The notes beneath the pieces were generated by a model. It did not search any database, was not told where the DNA came from, and saw only the letters and a list, made by a program, of their open reading frames with translations. Positions 1-11,537 of a DNA stretch of 64,000 bases are shown here, in pieces. A program made the position numbers and the translations under genes. Origin of the DNA: Candidatus Saccharimonadota bacterium (GTDB taxonomy: Bacteria; Patescibacteriota; Saccharimonadia; Saccharimonadales; Saccharimonadaceae); contig JAFRCN010000002.1 of assembly GCA_017404335.1 (NCBI GenBank), forward strand, positions 101,821 through 165,820, in the 5' to 3' direction. Position 1 is the first letter of the stretch. Every line of letters starts with the position of its first letter.

Positions 1-1
1 G

Positions 2-370
2 GAAGTTTTGATTGACGACCAGATGCGGATGATTCGTGAAGATATCGAGCGAAATGCGGCATCGCAGGGAATGAGCTTTGAGGATTTTCTCAAGCGAAAT
101 AATGAAACGACGGAAAGCTGGGAAAAGGAAGCCCGCAAAATCGCCGAAAAGCGCGTTAAGGCTTCGCTCGCTTTGCAAACTTTGGCAGTAGAGCAAAAAA
201 TTACCGTTTCGGATGAGTTAGTGAATGCTAAACTCGCTGAGCTTCGCGACGTTTATAAGAAATCGCCAGAGGCTCTGAAAAATCTTAAAAATCCAAACGT
301 CAAGATGGATATCAAGAATCGATTGATTATTGAAGAAACCCTAAACTACCTAGTTAATATTAACAAGTAG
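2..370 (+). CDS. tig: trigger factor, C-terminal fragment (open at the window edge)
   Basis: The frame is open from base 2. The translated tail (KRVKASLALQTLAVEQKITVSDELV...) resembles the C-terminal chaperone arm of trigger factor. A long hairpin follows. Confidence 0.55.
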   Translation, partial: EVLIDDQMRMIREDIERNAASQGMSFEDFLKRNNETTESWEKEARKIAEKRVKASLALQTLAVEQKITVSDELVNAKLAELRDVYKKSPEALKNLKNPNVKMDIKNRLIIEETLNYLVNINK

Positions 371-452
371 GCAACAAAAACTACTTCTCGGACACACTCA
401 AGGGCGTTCGCCCAAGCTTATGGTCCTCGAAGTAGTTTTTTGTTGCCTTTTT
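370..452 (+). terminator. long hairpin terminator after tig
   Basis: Arms of about 18 bp, GGCAACAAAAACTACTTC (370-387) and GAAGTAGTTTTTTGTTGCC (429-447), flank a GC-richer ~40-nt core. A T-run follows. Confidence 0.5.
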
Positions 453-460
453 ATTATGTC

Positions 461-631
461 TGTGGTATAATCAAGTGAAGAGTTTCAGTCTAATTCTATT
501 GCTGTACCGAATTAGACAAATCATAGACGCTAGATATGGTGTTTTGAGGTGGTTTTTAGCCCGTGAAACGCTATATATAGCGTAGGTGAAATCACTATAT
601 ATAATATATAAGGTAAAAAAGGAAATTTTAG
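461..631 (+). promoter_or_regulatory. rpsL promoter (extended -10) plus structured ~160-nt leader
   Basis: TGTGGTATAAT lies at 461-471. The leader contains a 9-bp hairpin, GTCTAATTC (488-496) with GAATTAGAC (509-517). It also contains the 16-nt palindrome ACGCTATATATAGCGT (568-583). Confidence 0.45.
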
Positions 632-1045
632 ATGCCAACTATTAATCAGTTGATTCGTAAGCCTAGGAAAAAGGCGGCGAAAAAATCGAAATCCCCGGCG
701 CTTGGTTCTATCGTGAATACTTTGAAGACGAAGCGCTATGAAAAGGCGGCGCCTTTGAAGCGTGGGGTATGTATTAAAGTAACGACTAAGACTCCGAAGA
801 AACCGAACTCGGCGATGCGTAAGGTTGCGCGTGTGCGTTTGACCAACGGTCAGGAAGTTTGGGCTTATATCGGCGGCGAAGGTCATAACCTTCAGGAACA
901 CGCGGTCGTATTAGTCCGTGGCGGTCGTGTGCCGGATCTTCCGGGTGTGCGTTATCACATCGTGCGCGGGACGCTCGATTTACAAGGCGTTCAAGGTCGC
1001 AAGCAAGGTCGCTCCAAGTATGGCGCGAAAAAGGAGGGTAAGTAA
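632..1045 (+). CDS. rpsL: 30S ribosomal protein S12
   Basis: [10 protein letters not shown]...[18 protein letters not shown]... is a classic S12 sequence. Confidence 0.97.
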   Translation: MPTINQLIRKPRKKAAKKSKSPALGSIVNTLKTKRYEKAAPLKRGVCIKVTTKTPKKPNSAMRKVARVRLTNGQEVWAYIGGEGHNLQEHAVVLVRGGRVPDLPGVRYHIVRGTLDLQGVQGRKQGRSKYGAKKEGK

Positions 1046-1047
1046 TT

Positions 1048-1524
1048 ATGCCGCGTAAAACTACTAAATCTTTAGTGCGAAAAGTTAGCCCGGATCGCAG
1101 ATATCAGTCGATTTTGGTACAACGTTTAATTAATAAGTCGATGCTCGACGGGAAAAAGCAGGTTGCTGAACGAGCGGTTTATTCCGCTATCGAAGGTGCC
1201 GCGAAGAAGCTTAAGTCCGAAAACCCGGTCGAGGTACTCGAAAAAGCTATCGCGAATATTTCGCCGGATTTCGAAGTTAAGTCGCGCCGAGTCGGCGGGG
1301 CAAACTACCAAATCCCGTTCCCGATTGCTGGGCACCGCCAACTTCACTTTGCTTTCTCTTGGCTCGTCCAAGCTTCGAGAGCGCGGAGCGGAATGCCTTA
1401 CGCGAAAAGGCTAGAAGCTGAAATCGTTGACGCTTATAACGGCACCGGGGCAGCCTTCAAGAAGAAAGAAGATTGCCACCGTATGGCCGAAGCGAACCGA
1501 GCTTTTGCTCATTTCGCGCGCTAA
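1048..1524 (+). CDS. rpsG: 30S ribosomal protein S7
   Basis: Starts 3 nt after the rpsL stop. RRVGGANYQIP and the ANRAFAHF tail are typical of S7. Confidence 0.96.
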   Translation: MPRKTTKSLVRKVSPDRRYQSILVQRLINKSMLDGKKQVAERAVYSAIEGAAKKLKSENPVEVLEKAIANISPDFEVKSRRVGGANYQIPFPIAGHRQLHFAFSWLVQASRARSGMPYAKRLEAEIVDAYNGTGAAFKKKEDCHRMAEANRAFAHFAR

Positions 1525-1547
1525 CGCTTCAGACTTTCTTCAAAAAT

Positions 1548-1583
1548 AAATATACTTATGTTATAATTAACATAAGTATATTT
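1548..1583. repeat. 36-bp perfect palindrome acting as rpsG terminator and gap promoter
   Basis: AAATATACTTATGTTA-TAAT-TAACATAAGTATATTT. The centre carries TGTTATAAT (extended -10). A T-run and an AGGAGG RBS follow before gap. Confidence 0.6.
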
Positions 1584-1599
1584 TTATTAGGAGGTAAAA

Positions 1600-2604
1600 A
1601 TGGTAAAGGTGGCGATAAATGGATTCGGAAGAATCGGACGAAACGCCCTAAAGATATTATTAGAACGACGTGACGCGCAGGTTGTAGCGATTAACGATAT
1701 TACGGATGCAAAAACTCTGGCGCATCTATTAAAGCACGATTCGACTTACGGAACTTATGATAAAAAAGTTTCGGCGGGAGAGAATTCGATTTTGATTAAC
1801 TCGCGGGAAATTCCGGTCTTTGCGGAAAAAGACCCGGCGAATTTGCCTTGGGCGAAGCTCGGCGTCGACGTCGTAATTGAGTCGACCGGATTCTTTACGA
1901 AACCAGAAGACGCAAGGGCGCACATTAAAGCGGGGGCGAAAAAAGTCGTAATCTCAGCGCCAGCAAAAGGTGAGGGGGCGAAGACGGTCGTTCTTGGCGT
2001 GAACGAAGAAGCAGTCGAGGTGACAGACGAGATTATTTCTAACGCGTCTTGTACGACTAACTGTATTGCGCCGGTCATGAAGGTACTCGAAGATGAATTC
2101 GGTATCGACAAGGCGATGATGACGACGGTCCATTCGTATACTGGTTCGCAGAGAATCCTTGATGCACCGGCGAAAGATTTACGAGAGGCGAGAAGCGCGG
2201 CGGAAAACATTGTCCCGACGACGACCGGCGCCTCGAAGGCAGCTGCTTTAACTATCCCGAGCTTACAAGGTCGCTTTAACGGGCTTTCGGTCCGGGTGCC
2301 GACGCCGGTAGTTTCGCTTTCGGATATTACCGCGATACTAAAACGCGACACAACGAAGGAAGAACTCGCGGAGGTGTTTAGGCGCGCCGCGAAGGAGCCC
2401 TACTACGAGGGTATTCTCGGTGTAACGGAAGAAGAGTTAGTATCATCCGACTTTATCGGTGACCCGAGATCGTCGATTGTAGATTTGCCGCTTCTCGACG
2501 TAGTTGGAGGCAACATGGTAAAAGTCGTGGCTTGGTATGATAACGAATGGGGTTATTCGAATCGGTTAGTCGAATTAACCGTAGATTTCGGAAGGGAAAA
2601 GTAA
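1600..2604 (+). CDS. gap: glyceraldehyde-3-phosphate dehydrogenase
   Basis: INGFGRIGR N-terminus, SNASCTTNC active-site motif, WYDNEWGYS C-terminal motif, and an AGGAGG RBS. Confidence 0.96.
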   Translation: MVKVAINGFGRIGRNALKILLERRDAQVVAINDITDAKTLAHLLKHDSTYGTYDKKVSAGENSILINSREIPVFAEKDPANLPWAKLGVDVVIESTGFFTKPEDARAHIKAGAKKVVISAPAKGEGAKTVVLGVNEEAVEVTDEIISNASCTTNCIAPVMKVLEDEFGIDKAMMTTVHSYTGSQRILDAPAKDLREARSAAENIVPTTTGASKAAALTIPSLQGRFNGLSVRVPTPVVSLSDITAILKRDTTKEELAEVFRRAAKEPYYEGILGVTEEELVSSDFIGDPRSSIVDLPLLDVVGGNMVKVVAWYDNEWGYSNRLVELTVDFGREK

Positions 2605-3053
2605 TGACGGTTTTCGTCGGAGCAGATTATCGAGGGTTTGAACGAAAGAAGTCGCTACTACCGTTTTTAACCGAAAAAGGCTACTCGGTTTCGGACAAAG
2701 GCGCTTACGAATATACCGAAGGAGACGATTTTAACGACCCGGCGGTTGCTGTAGCAAAAGAAGTGCGGGAGAATCCAGGTTCTTTCGGAATTTTGATTTG
2801 CGACTCGGCGCACGGAGTGACGGCGCAGGCTAATCGTTTTAAGGGAATTCGAGCGGCGCATTGTTCTAGCGCCGAATCGGCGAAACTTGCAAGAGAACAC
2901 GACGATGCGAATGTGCTCTGCCTTTCGGCGCACTTTCTAAGCGATGGAGAAATCCAAGAGATCGCCACGACCTTTTTGGGAACAGATTTTTTGAACTTAG
3001 AACGCCGAGTAAGGCGCATTAATCGTTTAGACGAAAGAGAGGATTATGATTAG
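2604..3053 (+). CDS. rpiB: ribose-5-phosphate isomerase B
   Basis: The ATG overlaps the gap stop (TAATG). This is M20 of the tracked ORF. The sequence is LacAB/RpiB-like (ICDSAHGVTAQANR, RAAHC). Confidence 0.8.
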   Translation: MTVFVGADYRGFERKKSLLPFLTEKGYSVSDKGAYEYTEGDDFNDPAVAVAKEVRENPGSFGILICDSAHGVTAQANRFKGIRAAHCSSAESAKLAREHDDANVLCLSAHFLSDGEIQEIATTFLGTDFLNLERRVRRINRLDEREDYD

Positions 3054-3702
3054 ACAAGTATCAATCGTACCGGCAATTTTATCCGACGATAAGCAAGATT
3101 ATCGGACGCAAGCGGAAAGAATCAATTATTTTACTAGGCGAGTACAGATTGATGTCAGCGACGGGACGTTTGCGCCAACCAAGACGCTCGATATCACTAA
3201 TATTTGGTGGCCGAAGAACTGGGAAACGGATTTACATATTATGTCGGCTAGACCCAGCGAAATGATGGATACGGTTTTAAAATTATCTCCCTCACTCTGC
3301 ATCTTGCACGCTGAAGCAAATGAAGATCTGATGCCAACTTTTGCGCTACTTAAGGAAAAGGGGATTAAGGCTGGAGTAGCCTTACTTCAGTCAACCTATC
3401 CCGGAAACGTCGAGCATTATATTAAAGCTGCGGACCACGTTTTAATCTTCGCGGGGCAACTCGGCGCGCAAGGTGGTGCGGCGGATTTAATGCAGATGGA
3501 GAAGATTCCTTTGATTCGTAATATGAAACCCGAGGTCGAGATTGGTTGGGATGGCGGAGCAAACATGTCGAATATTCGCGCAATTGCGCATGCGGACATC
3601 GACGTAATTAACGTCGGCTCGGCAATCTCAAAATCAGAAAATCCGGCGCAGATGTTCGAGGAATTAGTCGCGGAAATTGATAAAAATGGAGTAGTACTGT
3701 AA
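3046..3702 (+). CDS. rpe: ribulose-phosphate 3-epimerase family protein (divergent)
   Basis: Colinear with Rpe landmarks: IVPAILSDD, IDVSDGTFAP, DLHIM, LHAEA, WDGG, VGSAI. Overlaps rpiB by 8 nt. Confidence 0.7.
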   Translation: MIRQVSIVPAILSDDKQDYRTQAERINYFTRRVQIDVSDGTFAPTKTLDITNIWWPKNWETDLHIMSARPSEMMDTVLKLSPSLCILHAEANEDLMPTFALLKEKGIKAGVALLQSTYPGNVEHYIKAADHVLIFAGQLGAQGGAADLMQMEKIPLIRNMKPEVEIGWDGGANMSNIRAIAHADIDVINVGSAISKSENPAQMFEELVAEIDKNGVVL

Positions 3703-4664
3703 TGGCTAGAATCGTTTCGCTCGGAAGCGCCTTGCAAGATATCTACCTTGTCGACCATGACGATTTAAAGGCTACCGAGATTGGTGGGTCGGCGATTTTT
3801 GGTAAAGTTTTAGTCGGGTCGAAAGTTGATATTGATAAAATCTACTACGAGGTCGGCGGGGGCGGAGTTAACTCGACAATCACCTTCTCGAGGCACGGGC
3901 ACGAAGCGATTTTTATCGGTAATATTTCGCGCGACCCGGCGGGGGCGGCAATCATGCGAGCTCTGAGCAAAGAGGGGGTGGATTCTAGCTATGTTAATTA
4001 TATGGAGCGAAAATCGACCGGGACTTCAGTCATACTCCTTGATTCAAAAAGTGGCGAAAGGACGATTCTAACCCACCGGGGCGCGAGCGAGAATTTCGGC
4101 AATTTCTCGGAAACAGATTTAGACTTGGCGCAACCGGATTGGCTTTACGTCACGACTCTACGCGGAGATTTAGATACGCTCGAAAGATTTTTTAAGAAGG
4201 CTAAAGCTTTAAATATCAAGATTATGTTTAACCCGGGCGTGAAAGAACTCGATCAGGTTCGAGAGTTGACAGGACTACTAAAATATGTTGATATATTAAA
4301 TGTTAATAAGTCCGAGGCGTCGCGAATTGTACCGGGCGTGGTTTTGACCGAGCTACTATACCATTTAAATAATTATGTCGAAACTACGATTATTACCGAC
4401 GGAGCGATGGGCGGAATTGCTGGGAACGGAAAAGAGGTCTACCGGTTTGGGATTTACGAGGATGTCAAAATAAAGGATACGACTGGGGCGGGCGACGCTT
4501 TTGGATCGGGTTTTCTCGCGCATATTGCGGCGGGTAGATCGTTTAAGAGCTCCTTAATTTTCGCATCGGCAAATTCAACGGCGGTAGTTTCAAAGCTAGG
4601 AGCCAATAAAGGAATATTATCTGGCGACGAAGCACTTCATTTAATGCCAATTCAAAAATTGTAA
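3702..4664 (+). CDS. PfkB-family carbohydrate (ribo)kinase
   Basis: DTTGAGDAFGSGFLA is the PfkB signature. The start overlaps the upstream stop (TAATG). Confidence 0.8.
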   Translation: MARIVSLGSALQDIYLVDHDDLKATEIGGSAIFGKVLVGSKVDIDKIYYEVGGGGVNSTITFSRHGHEAIFIGNISRDPAGAAIMRALSKEGVDSSYVNYMERKSTGTSVILLDSKSGERTILTHRGASENFGNFSETDLDLAQPDWLYVTTLRGDLDTLERFFKKAKALNIKIMFNPGVKELDQVRELTGLLKYVDILNVNKSEASRIVPGVVLTELLYHLNNYVETTIITDGAMGGIAGNGKEVYRFGIYEDVKIKDTTGAGDAFGSGFLAHIAAGRSFKSSLIFASANSTAVVSKLGANKGILSGDEALHLMPIQKL

Positions 4665-4681
4665 ATTAAAAAAGGAAAAGC

Positions 4682-6688
<2,007 letters not shown>

Positions 6689-6711
6689 TTATTAATATTA
6701 AGGAATTTTTT

Positions 6712-8175
6712 ATGAATGAAGAAAATTTCGGGGGGAATGCCGGAGCGGCACCAGGGATGACGCCAAACCCGCTAAATCCTACACCAAATGAAATCAGTCA
6801 GCCTGAGTCAACGCTCGAAAAGACTGAAGAAATCCAGACCGAGCCGACTGCCGAGAAAGCTGAAGTCATCCAGACGGAGCCGAGTGGTGCGCCAAAAACT
6901 GAAGTGATTGCCGATACGGCTAGCCCAGTAGATAAACCGATGGTTAGCACACTAGAAATCGAGGCGGCAGAAGCAGCAGCTAAAGTTGAAGAGAATAAAA
7001 AGAAAAAATCCAAAAAAGGTTTGATTATCGGTCTGGTCGTTGGATTTATAGTTTTAGCCGGTGGTGTAATTGGGGCGATGTTTGCGCTCGGAGTATTTAA
7101 GCCGGCCGACCCGGTAGTTCTCGCGGTGTCGAAATTATTTGAAGGTCCGAAACCGGACAATGTGCATTTAAACGGGACGATTAAAATTACGCCAAAAGAC
7201 ACCACATTTATCAAAAGCGCAACTATAACGCTCGACTCGGCCGTAAAAACTGGTTCAATGATCAACGCTACTAAGGCTGAGCTTAAGGCTACAACTTCAG
7301 CCGGTGATCTTAATATCGGAGTCGAAGAAGTCTATGCTAATGCTGGCGAAATCTTCCTAAAACTTGAAGGGATAGAAAGCGTTAGCGAATTGATTATGCA
7401 AAGCACAAGGGAAGAATCGTTACTGAATGAATCCTCTAACGATTCAGAGTTAGATGCGCCTTTGGATGAGACTCTTGACGAGACCTTGGATGAGGTTAAT
7501 TCGCCTAATATACCCATAAATGATTGCGTCGATTCGGAAGATGAACTCTCGACCAACTGTGTTTCAGAATCAGCTTCGCAATCTTCGATGGGCGGACTTG
7601 CGATGCTCTATATATTACAAATGTTTGATTCAGTCGATGGAGAGTGGATTAGGATCTCTTTGAACGAAGTGGAGTCTAGCGGAATTGGTTTCACTTTTGA
7701 CACTCAATGTCTAACGGACGCCTATAAAAGTATTACGAATAAGGGGAATCTGATTTCAGAGATTTACAAAAAGAATAGCTTCGTTTCCTCGACCAATGAA
7801 AACTTGAGGGTTTCGAAGAAAATAAATCCAATTTATAAATTGGTATTTGATGCGGAAAAAATTACTTCGTTTTCGAACGAGATTGAAAAAAACAATATCG
7901 TTCCAACGAATTGCGTAGGCAACGAGGAGAACACTTCGGCAGATGAGATTCAAAAAACCCTAAAGAACCTTCCGGCGATCTACGTCGAGATTGATGGGAA
8001 TCACAACTTTACGCGCTTCTATACGAGTATTTCAACAGACGACGGTTCGACTCTTGAGGTTGATTTGGATTTGTCCTACCCGTCGACGATTGATGTAGCT
8101 GAACCGATTGAATACACCGATTTGGAGTCGATTATTCAAGATCAAATGATGAATATGATGAATGTATCAGAGTAA
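6712..8175 (+). CDS. hypothetical membrane-anchored protein with an acidic low-complexity N-terminus
   Basis: One TM segment (GLIIGLVVGFIVLAGGVIGAMFALGV). Imperfect tandem EKxEEIQTEP repeats. No family recognised. Confidence 0.6.
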   Translation: MNEENFGGNAGAAPGMTPNPLNPTPNEISQPESTLEKTEEIQTEPTAEKAEVIQTEPSGAPKTEVIADTASPVDKPMVSTLEIEAAEAAAKVEENKKKKSKKGLIIGLVVGFIVLAGGVIGAMFALGVFKPADPVVLAVSKLFEGPKPDNVHLNGTIKITPKDTTFIKSATITLDSAVKTGSMINATKAELKATTSAGDLNIGVEEVYANAGEIFLKLEGIESVSELIMQSTREESLLNESSNDSELDAPLDETLDETLDEVNSPNIPINDCVDSEDELSTNCVSESASQSSMGGLAMLYILQMFDSVDGEWIRISLNEVESSGIGFTFDTQCLTDAYKSITNKGNLISEIYKKNSFVSSTNENLRVSKKINPIYKLVFDAEKITSFSNEIEKNNIVPTNCVGNEENTSADEIQKTLKNLPAIYVEIDGNHNFTRFYTSISTDDGSTLEVDLDLSYPSTIDVAEPIEYTDLESIIQDQMMNMMNVSE

Positions 8176-8178
8176 AAC

Positions 8179-8207
8179 TTGACTTTTTAGCGTAAGTGTG
8201 ATATAAT
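8179..8207 (+). promoter_or_regulatory. near-consensus sigma70-type promoter; leaderless uvrC
   Basis: TTGACT (8179-8184), 17-nt spacer, TGaTATAAT (-10 at 8202-8207). The ATG at 8214 is 6 nt downstream and there is no SD. Confidence 0.6.
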
Positions 8208-8213
8208 GAAGAA

Positions 8214-9473
8214 ATGGACGAGGTTTTAAAACAAAAACTATCTAAACTCCCGGCCGTGCCGGGGGTTTATTTTCATAAAAACGCTTCCGGTGAAGTAATC
8301 TACGTCGGAAAAGCGGCGGTTCTAAAAAACCGGGTAAGGCAGTACTTTCAGAAGTCGCGAAAGGATGTGAAGACCGAGGCTTTAGTTAAAGAGATTGCGG
8401 ATACGGATTGGATTGTGGTCGATACGGAGATGGACGCGCTGTTTCTTGAGTCAGAGATGATTAAGAGGTATATGCCGAAGTGGAATATCCTACTTCGCGA
8501 CGATAAGACAGTTAGTTTTGTGCGGGTGACAATGAACGAGGAGGTACCATATATTTCGCTTACGAGAAATCCGGTCGATGATAAGTCGACCTATATCGGC
8601 CCGTTTTATGGGAAATTGGCGGTCGAAAAGGCGGTGCGAATTTTAAGGCACGTTTTTCCGTATTATGTGAAACCGTACGATGGGAAAAAGACTTTGGATA
8701 CGGATTTAGGTCTGACGCCGGGGATAGAAATCGGGCGAACGACTCCGAAAGACTATAGGCGAAACCTAAGGAAACTAATTCGATATTTAGAGGGAGACAG
8801 GGATAAATTATTGAAGGAGCTCGAGAAAACGATGCATGACGAGGCGAGTAAGGGCAATTTCGAGCTAGCAGCGGAGGCGAGAGACCAGCTGTTTGGGCTG
8901 AAAGAATTAAAGAAGAAAATTGTTTTTTCGGATAAAGAATTTTTGGATATTTCTTCGGATCAAGCCTTAAAGCAACTCCAGGATTTACTTGGACTACAAA
9001 ATCCGCCAAAAAGGATTGAGGGCTACGATATTTCGCACCAGTCGGGCGAAAACACGGTCGGAAGTATGGTGGTTTTTATTAACGGAGCTTCGGCGAGAAA
9101 TGAATATCGAAAGTTTAAGGTTCAGACTTCAAAAAACGATGATTTGAAGAGTCTTGTTGAAGTAGTTTCGCGAAGGCTGAAGCATGAGGAATGGGATTTT
9201 CCGGATTTAATTATTTTAGATGGAGGAGTGGGGCAAGTAAATGCAATTTTGCCGCTCGTAGAGCCGTACGGAATTCCGATAATCGGGCGCGATAAGTCAG
9301 GGAATCATGCGAAAAGCGCAGGAGTTGCGCTGGTAATTCCAAACAAGTCGGAATATCTGGAATTACCAAGCGGTTCGCACATCTCTCGCTTGATTGCCCG
9401 GATTGACGAAGAGGCGCATCGGTTCGCGATCACGTATCATTCTTTACTGAAAAGAAAAAATATGCTAAAGTAG
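8214..9473 (+). CDS. uvrC: excinuclease ABC subunit C, short form lacking the C-terminal (HhH)2 domain
   Basis: GIY-YIG N-terminus (GVYFHKN..VIYVGKA), UVR motif (FELAAEARDQLFGL), and endonuclease-domain motifs (YDISH, EEAHRFAITYH). The ORF ends at 419 aa. Confidence 0.85.
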   Translation: MDEVLKQKLSKLPAVPGVYFHKNASGEVIYVGKAAVLKNRVRQYFQKSRKDVKTEALVKEIADTDWIVVDTEMDALFLESEMIKRYMPKWNILLRDDKTVSFVRVTMNEEVPYISLTRNPVDDKSTYIGPFYGKLAVEKAVRILRHVFPYYVKPYDGKKTLDTDLGLTPGIEIGRTTPKDYRRNLRKLIRYLEGDRDKLLKELEKTMHDEASKGNFELAAEARDQLFGLKELKKKIVFSDKEFLDISSDQALKQLQDLLGLQNPPKRIEGYDISHQSGENTVGSMVVFINGASARNEYRKFKVQTSKNDDLKSLVEVVSRRLKHEEWDFPDLIILDGGVGQVNAILPLVEPYGIPIIGRDKSGNHAKSAGVALVIPNKSEYLELPSGSHISRLIARIDEEAHRFAITYHSLLKRKNMLK

Positions 9474-9487
9474 AGGTAGGAGTTATT

Positions 9488-9715
9488 ATGGAAATAGGAA
9501 ATTTTTTAGAAATTGTCGTATTTGTTTCAGCGATTTTAACGATTCTACTAATTCTTTTGCAGCAACGTGGAGCCTCGCTTGGCTCAGGCTCGGGTAGCTC
9601 TAGTGAACTATACACGAAGAGGCGCGGTCTTGAAAAGTCAATGTTTATCGCGACACTCGTGTGCGTAGTCGCTTTCGTTGGCTCGATTCTAGGATTATTA
9701 TTAATACCAGCATAG
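9488..9715 (+). CDS. secG: preprotein translocase subunit SecG
   Basis: 75 aa with two TM segments and LLQQRGASLGSGSGSS, which is typical of SecG. Confidence 0.8.
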   Translation: MEIGNFLEIVVFVSAILTILLILLQQRGASLGSGSGSSSELYTKRRGLEKSMFIATLVCVVAFVGSILGLLLIPA

Positions 9716-9716
9716 T

Positions 9717-11459
9717 ATGAAAAAAACTTTAAGAAAGAGTGGGCAAAAATTTATTCGGAAATTCTCGCGAGTTTCTTTAAAAGTTGGTGAGGAAGGAAAA
9801 GAACACTTAAAGCGCAACTTTTTTGGTAAACTGCGAAACTTTGCCGATATTAGGCTTTTGATACTAGAATGGGGGCTTTTGGTACTAGCTTTAATCATGC
9901 TTGCGAGCACGCAGGCGTTTTGGTTTGGGGAATCGTATGCGGGCGATGCTTTTGTAGGAGGCGGGACATACATTGAGGGTACGGTAGGGAAGGTCTCATC
10001 TTTAAACCCATTGTTTGCTACGACGAATAGTGAAAAAGTTTTAAGCCGGTTAATGTTCGAGACTTTGACCACCGTCGATTACTCAGGGAATATCGGTATG
10101 GGTCTAGCAAAATCGATTGCACCGAGCGAGAAAGGTAAAGTCTGGACGCTGGAGCTTAAAGAGGGACTAAAATGGTCGGATGGGGAGGAGTTGTCTGTGG
10201 ATGATGTAATGTTTACGATTGGCCTAATCAAGAATTCGGCGGTGAATTCAGTCTACACTGCAACTCTGGCGGGAGTAAAAGCTGAGAAAAACGAAGAAGG
10301 GAAGATTATTTTTACGCTTCCGGCAGCTTATGCCGATTTTCCTAGCACACTTAATATCCCGATAGTCCCGAAACACGAGCTAGAAAAAACTGACCCGAGA
10401 ACTTTAATTGAAGATGATTTTTCGAACGCGCCAATTACTTCTGGGGCTTTCTCATTCAACGCCATCCAATCGGCATCAAAAGAGGAGCGAGTTTTCTACC
10501 TAACGCCGAACCCAAACTATCGAAAGCGGGGAGTGATGGTTACAAATTTCGCGGTCCATACATACAATACGGTTGATGACGTGATCCAAGCACTAAATAC
10601 TAATGAGATTACGGCGACAGCGGAGATAAGCGGCAAGAAGGCCGATGGTCTAAAAATCGGTCAGTTCTACCGCAAGAATTCGAGCATTAATTCAGGAGTG
10701 TTCATATTCTTTAATACTAGTAGTGGAGTTTTTAAAAACCGAAATTTAAGGTTAGCAGTTCGTCAAGGCATTGATTTGGAAAAACTTCGAGAAAAAGCTC
10801 CGGAAACTAGTGAGTTGGATTACCCGATTTTGAGGACTTCGCTTGAACTTTCAAACTACCCGGAAATTTCAGTACAAGACTTCGATTCCGCTAAGGCTAT
10901 GGTTCAGGAGAACTATGATAACACCCCTATTAGAGTCGCAACAATAAACTCCGGTTACTTTTCCGAGGTTGCGGAAGAGCTAAATGGTCAACTTCAAGCC
11001 TTAGGGTTTAAGACAGATTTCTCTGTATCAGAGGAGGCACAGGAGTTTATCACTAATATCGTTTCGCGACGAAATTACGATATTTTGGTTTATGAAATCG
11101 AGCTAGGAGCCGATCCGGACCCGCTAGCTTATTATCATTCTTCGCAGGTAGCCTCGAGTGATGGTCTGAGTGCCGGTTTAAACCTGGCCAATTACAGAAA
11201 TGCCTTGGTGGATGATTTATTGATTGGGGCGAGAGAAACCCTTGATGCAAGCTTAAGGATTGCGAAATATGAGAAATTTCTGAAATATTTAGCCGAAGAC
11301 GTCCCGACAATTGGACTTTACCAGACAAATTTAACTTATTTTTACAACAAAAATACTCGTGCGTTTGGTGATAATGTGCGGCTAGTGACCGCGTTGGACC
11401 GTTTTTCAGACATATCGAATTATGCCGTGATGAAAGAATTAAAAAATAAGACTCCTTAA
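9717..11459 (+). CDS. ABC transporter substrate-binding protein, family 5 (peptide/nickel type), N-terminally anchored
   Basis: N-terminal TM segment. WSDGEELSVDDVMFT and the overall length are typical of SBP_bac_5. Confidence 0.65.
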   Translation: MKKTLRKSGQKFIRKFSRVSLKVGEEGKEHLKRNFFGKLRNFADIRLLILEWGLLVLALIMLASTQAFWFGESYAGDAFVGGGTYIEGTVGKVSSLNPLFATTNSEKVLSRLMFETLTTVDYSGNIGMGLAKSIAPSEKGKVWTLELKEGLKWSDGEELSVDDVMFTIGLIKNSAVNSVYTATLAGVKAEKNEEGKIIFTLPAAYADFPSTLNIPIVPKHELEKTDPRTLIEDDFSNAPITSGAFSFNAIQSASKEERVFYLTPNPNYRKRGVMVTNFAVHTYNTVDDVIQALNTNEITATAEISGKKADGLKIGQFYRKNSSINSGVFIFFNTSSGVFKNRNLRLAVRQGIDLEKLREKAPETSELDYPILRTSLELSNYPEISVQDFDSAKAMVQENYDNTPIRVATINSGYFSEVAEELNGQLQALGFKTDFSVSEEAQEFITNIVSRRNYDILVYEIELGADPDPLAYYHSSQVASSDGLSAGLNLANYRNALVDDLLIGARETLDASLRIAKYEKFLKYLAEDVPTIGLYQTNLTYFYNKNTRAFGDNVRLVTALDRFSDISNYAVMKELKNKTP

Positions 11460-11502
11460 AGGCATTGTTTTCGCAAAAAATGAAAAAAGTCCAAAAAAGT
11501 CC

Positions 11503-11531
11503 TTGCTTTTTTAAAAATGCCTTGCTATAAT
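11503..11531 (+). promoter_or_regulatory. promoter of the candidate sRNA
   Basis: TTGCTT (11503-11508), 17-nt spacer, TGCTATAAT (-10 at 11526-11531). The predicted TSS coincides with the first base of the hairpin at about 11538. Confidence 0.5.
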
Positions 11532-11537
11532 TATATT

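Noticed and set aside
530-901. 123-aa ORF on the minus strand
   Set aside because: It lies antisense to the rpsL leader and coding region. The sequence is Arg/Phe-rich and nonsensical. It is a shadow ORF of a highly conserved gene.
1755-2351. 198-aa ORF on the minus strand
   Set aside because: It lies entirely antisense within gap. It is a low-complexity Ala/Ser/Thr shadow frame with no start context.
6790-6900. Tandem repeats that might be a CRISPR or VNTR
   Set aside because: They are imperfect 33-nt coding repeats (EKxEEIQTEP) inside an ORF. No spacer-repeat periodicity occurs anywhere in the window.
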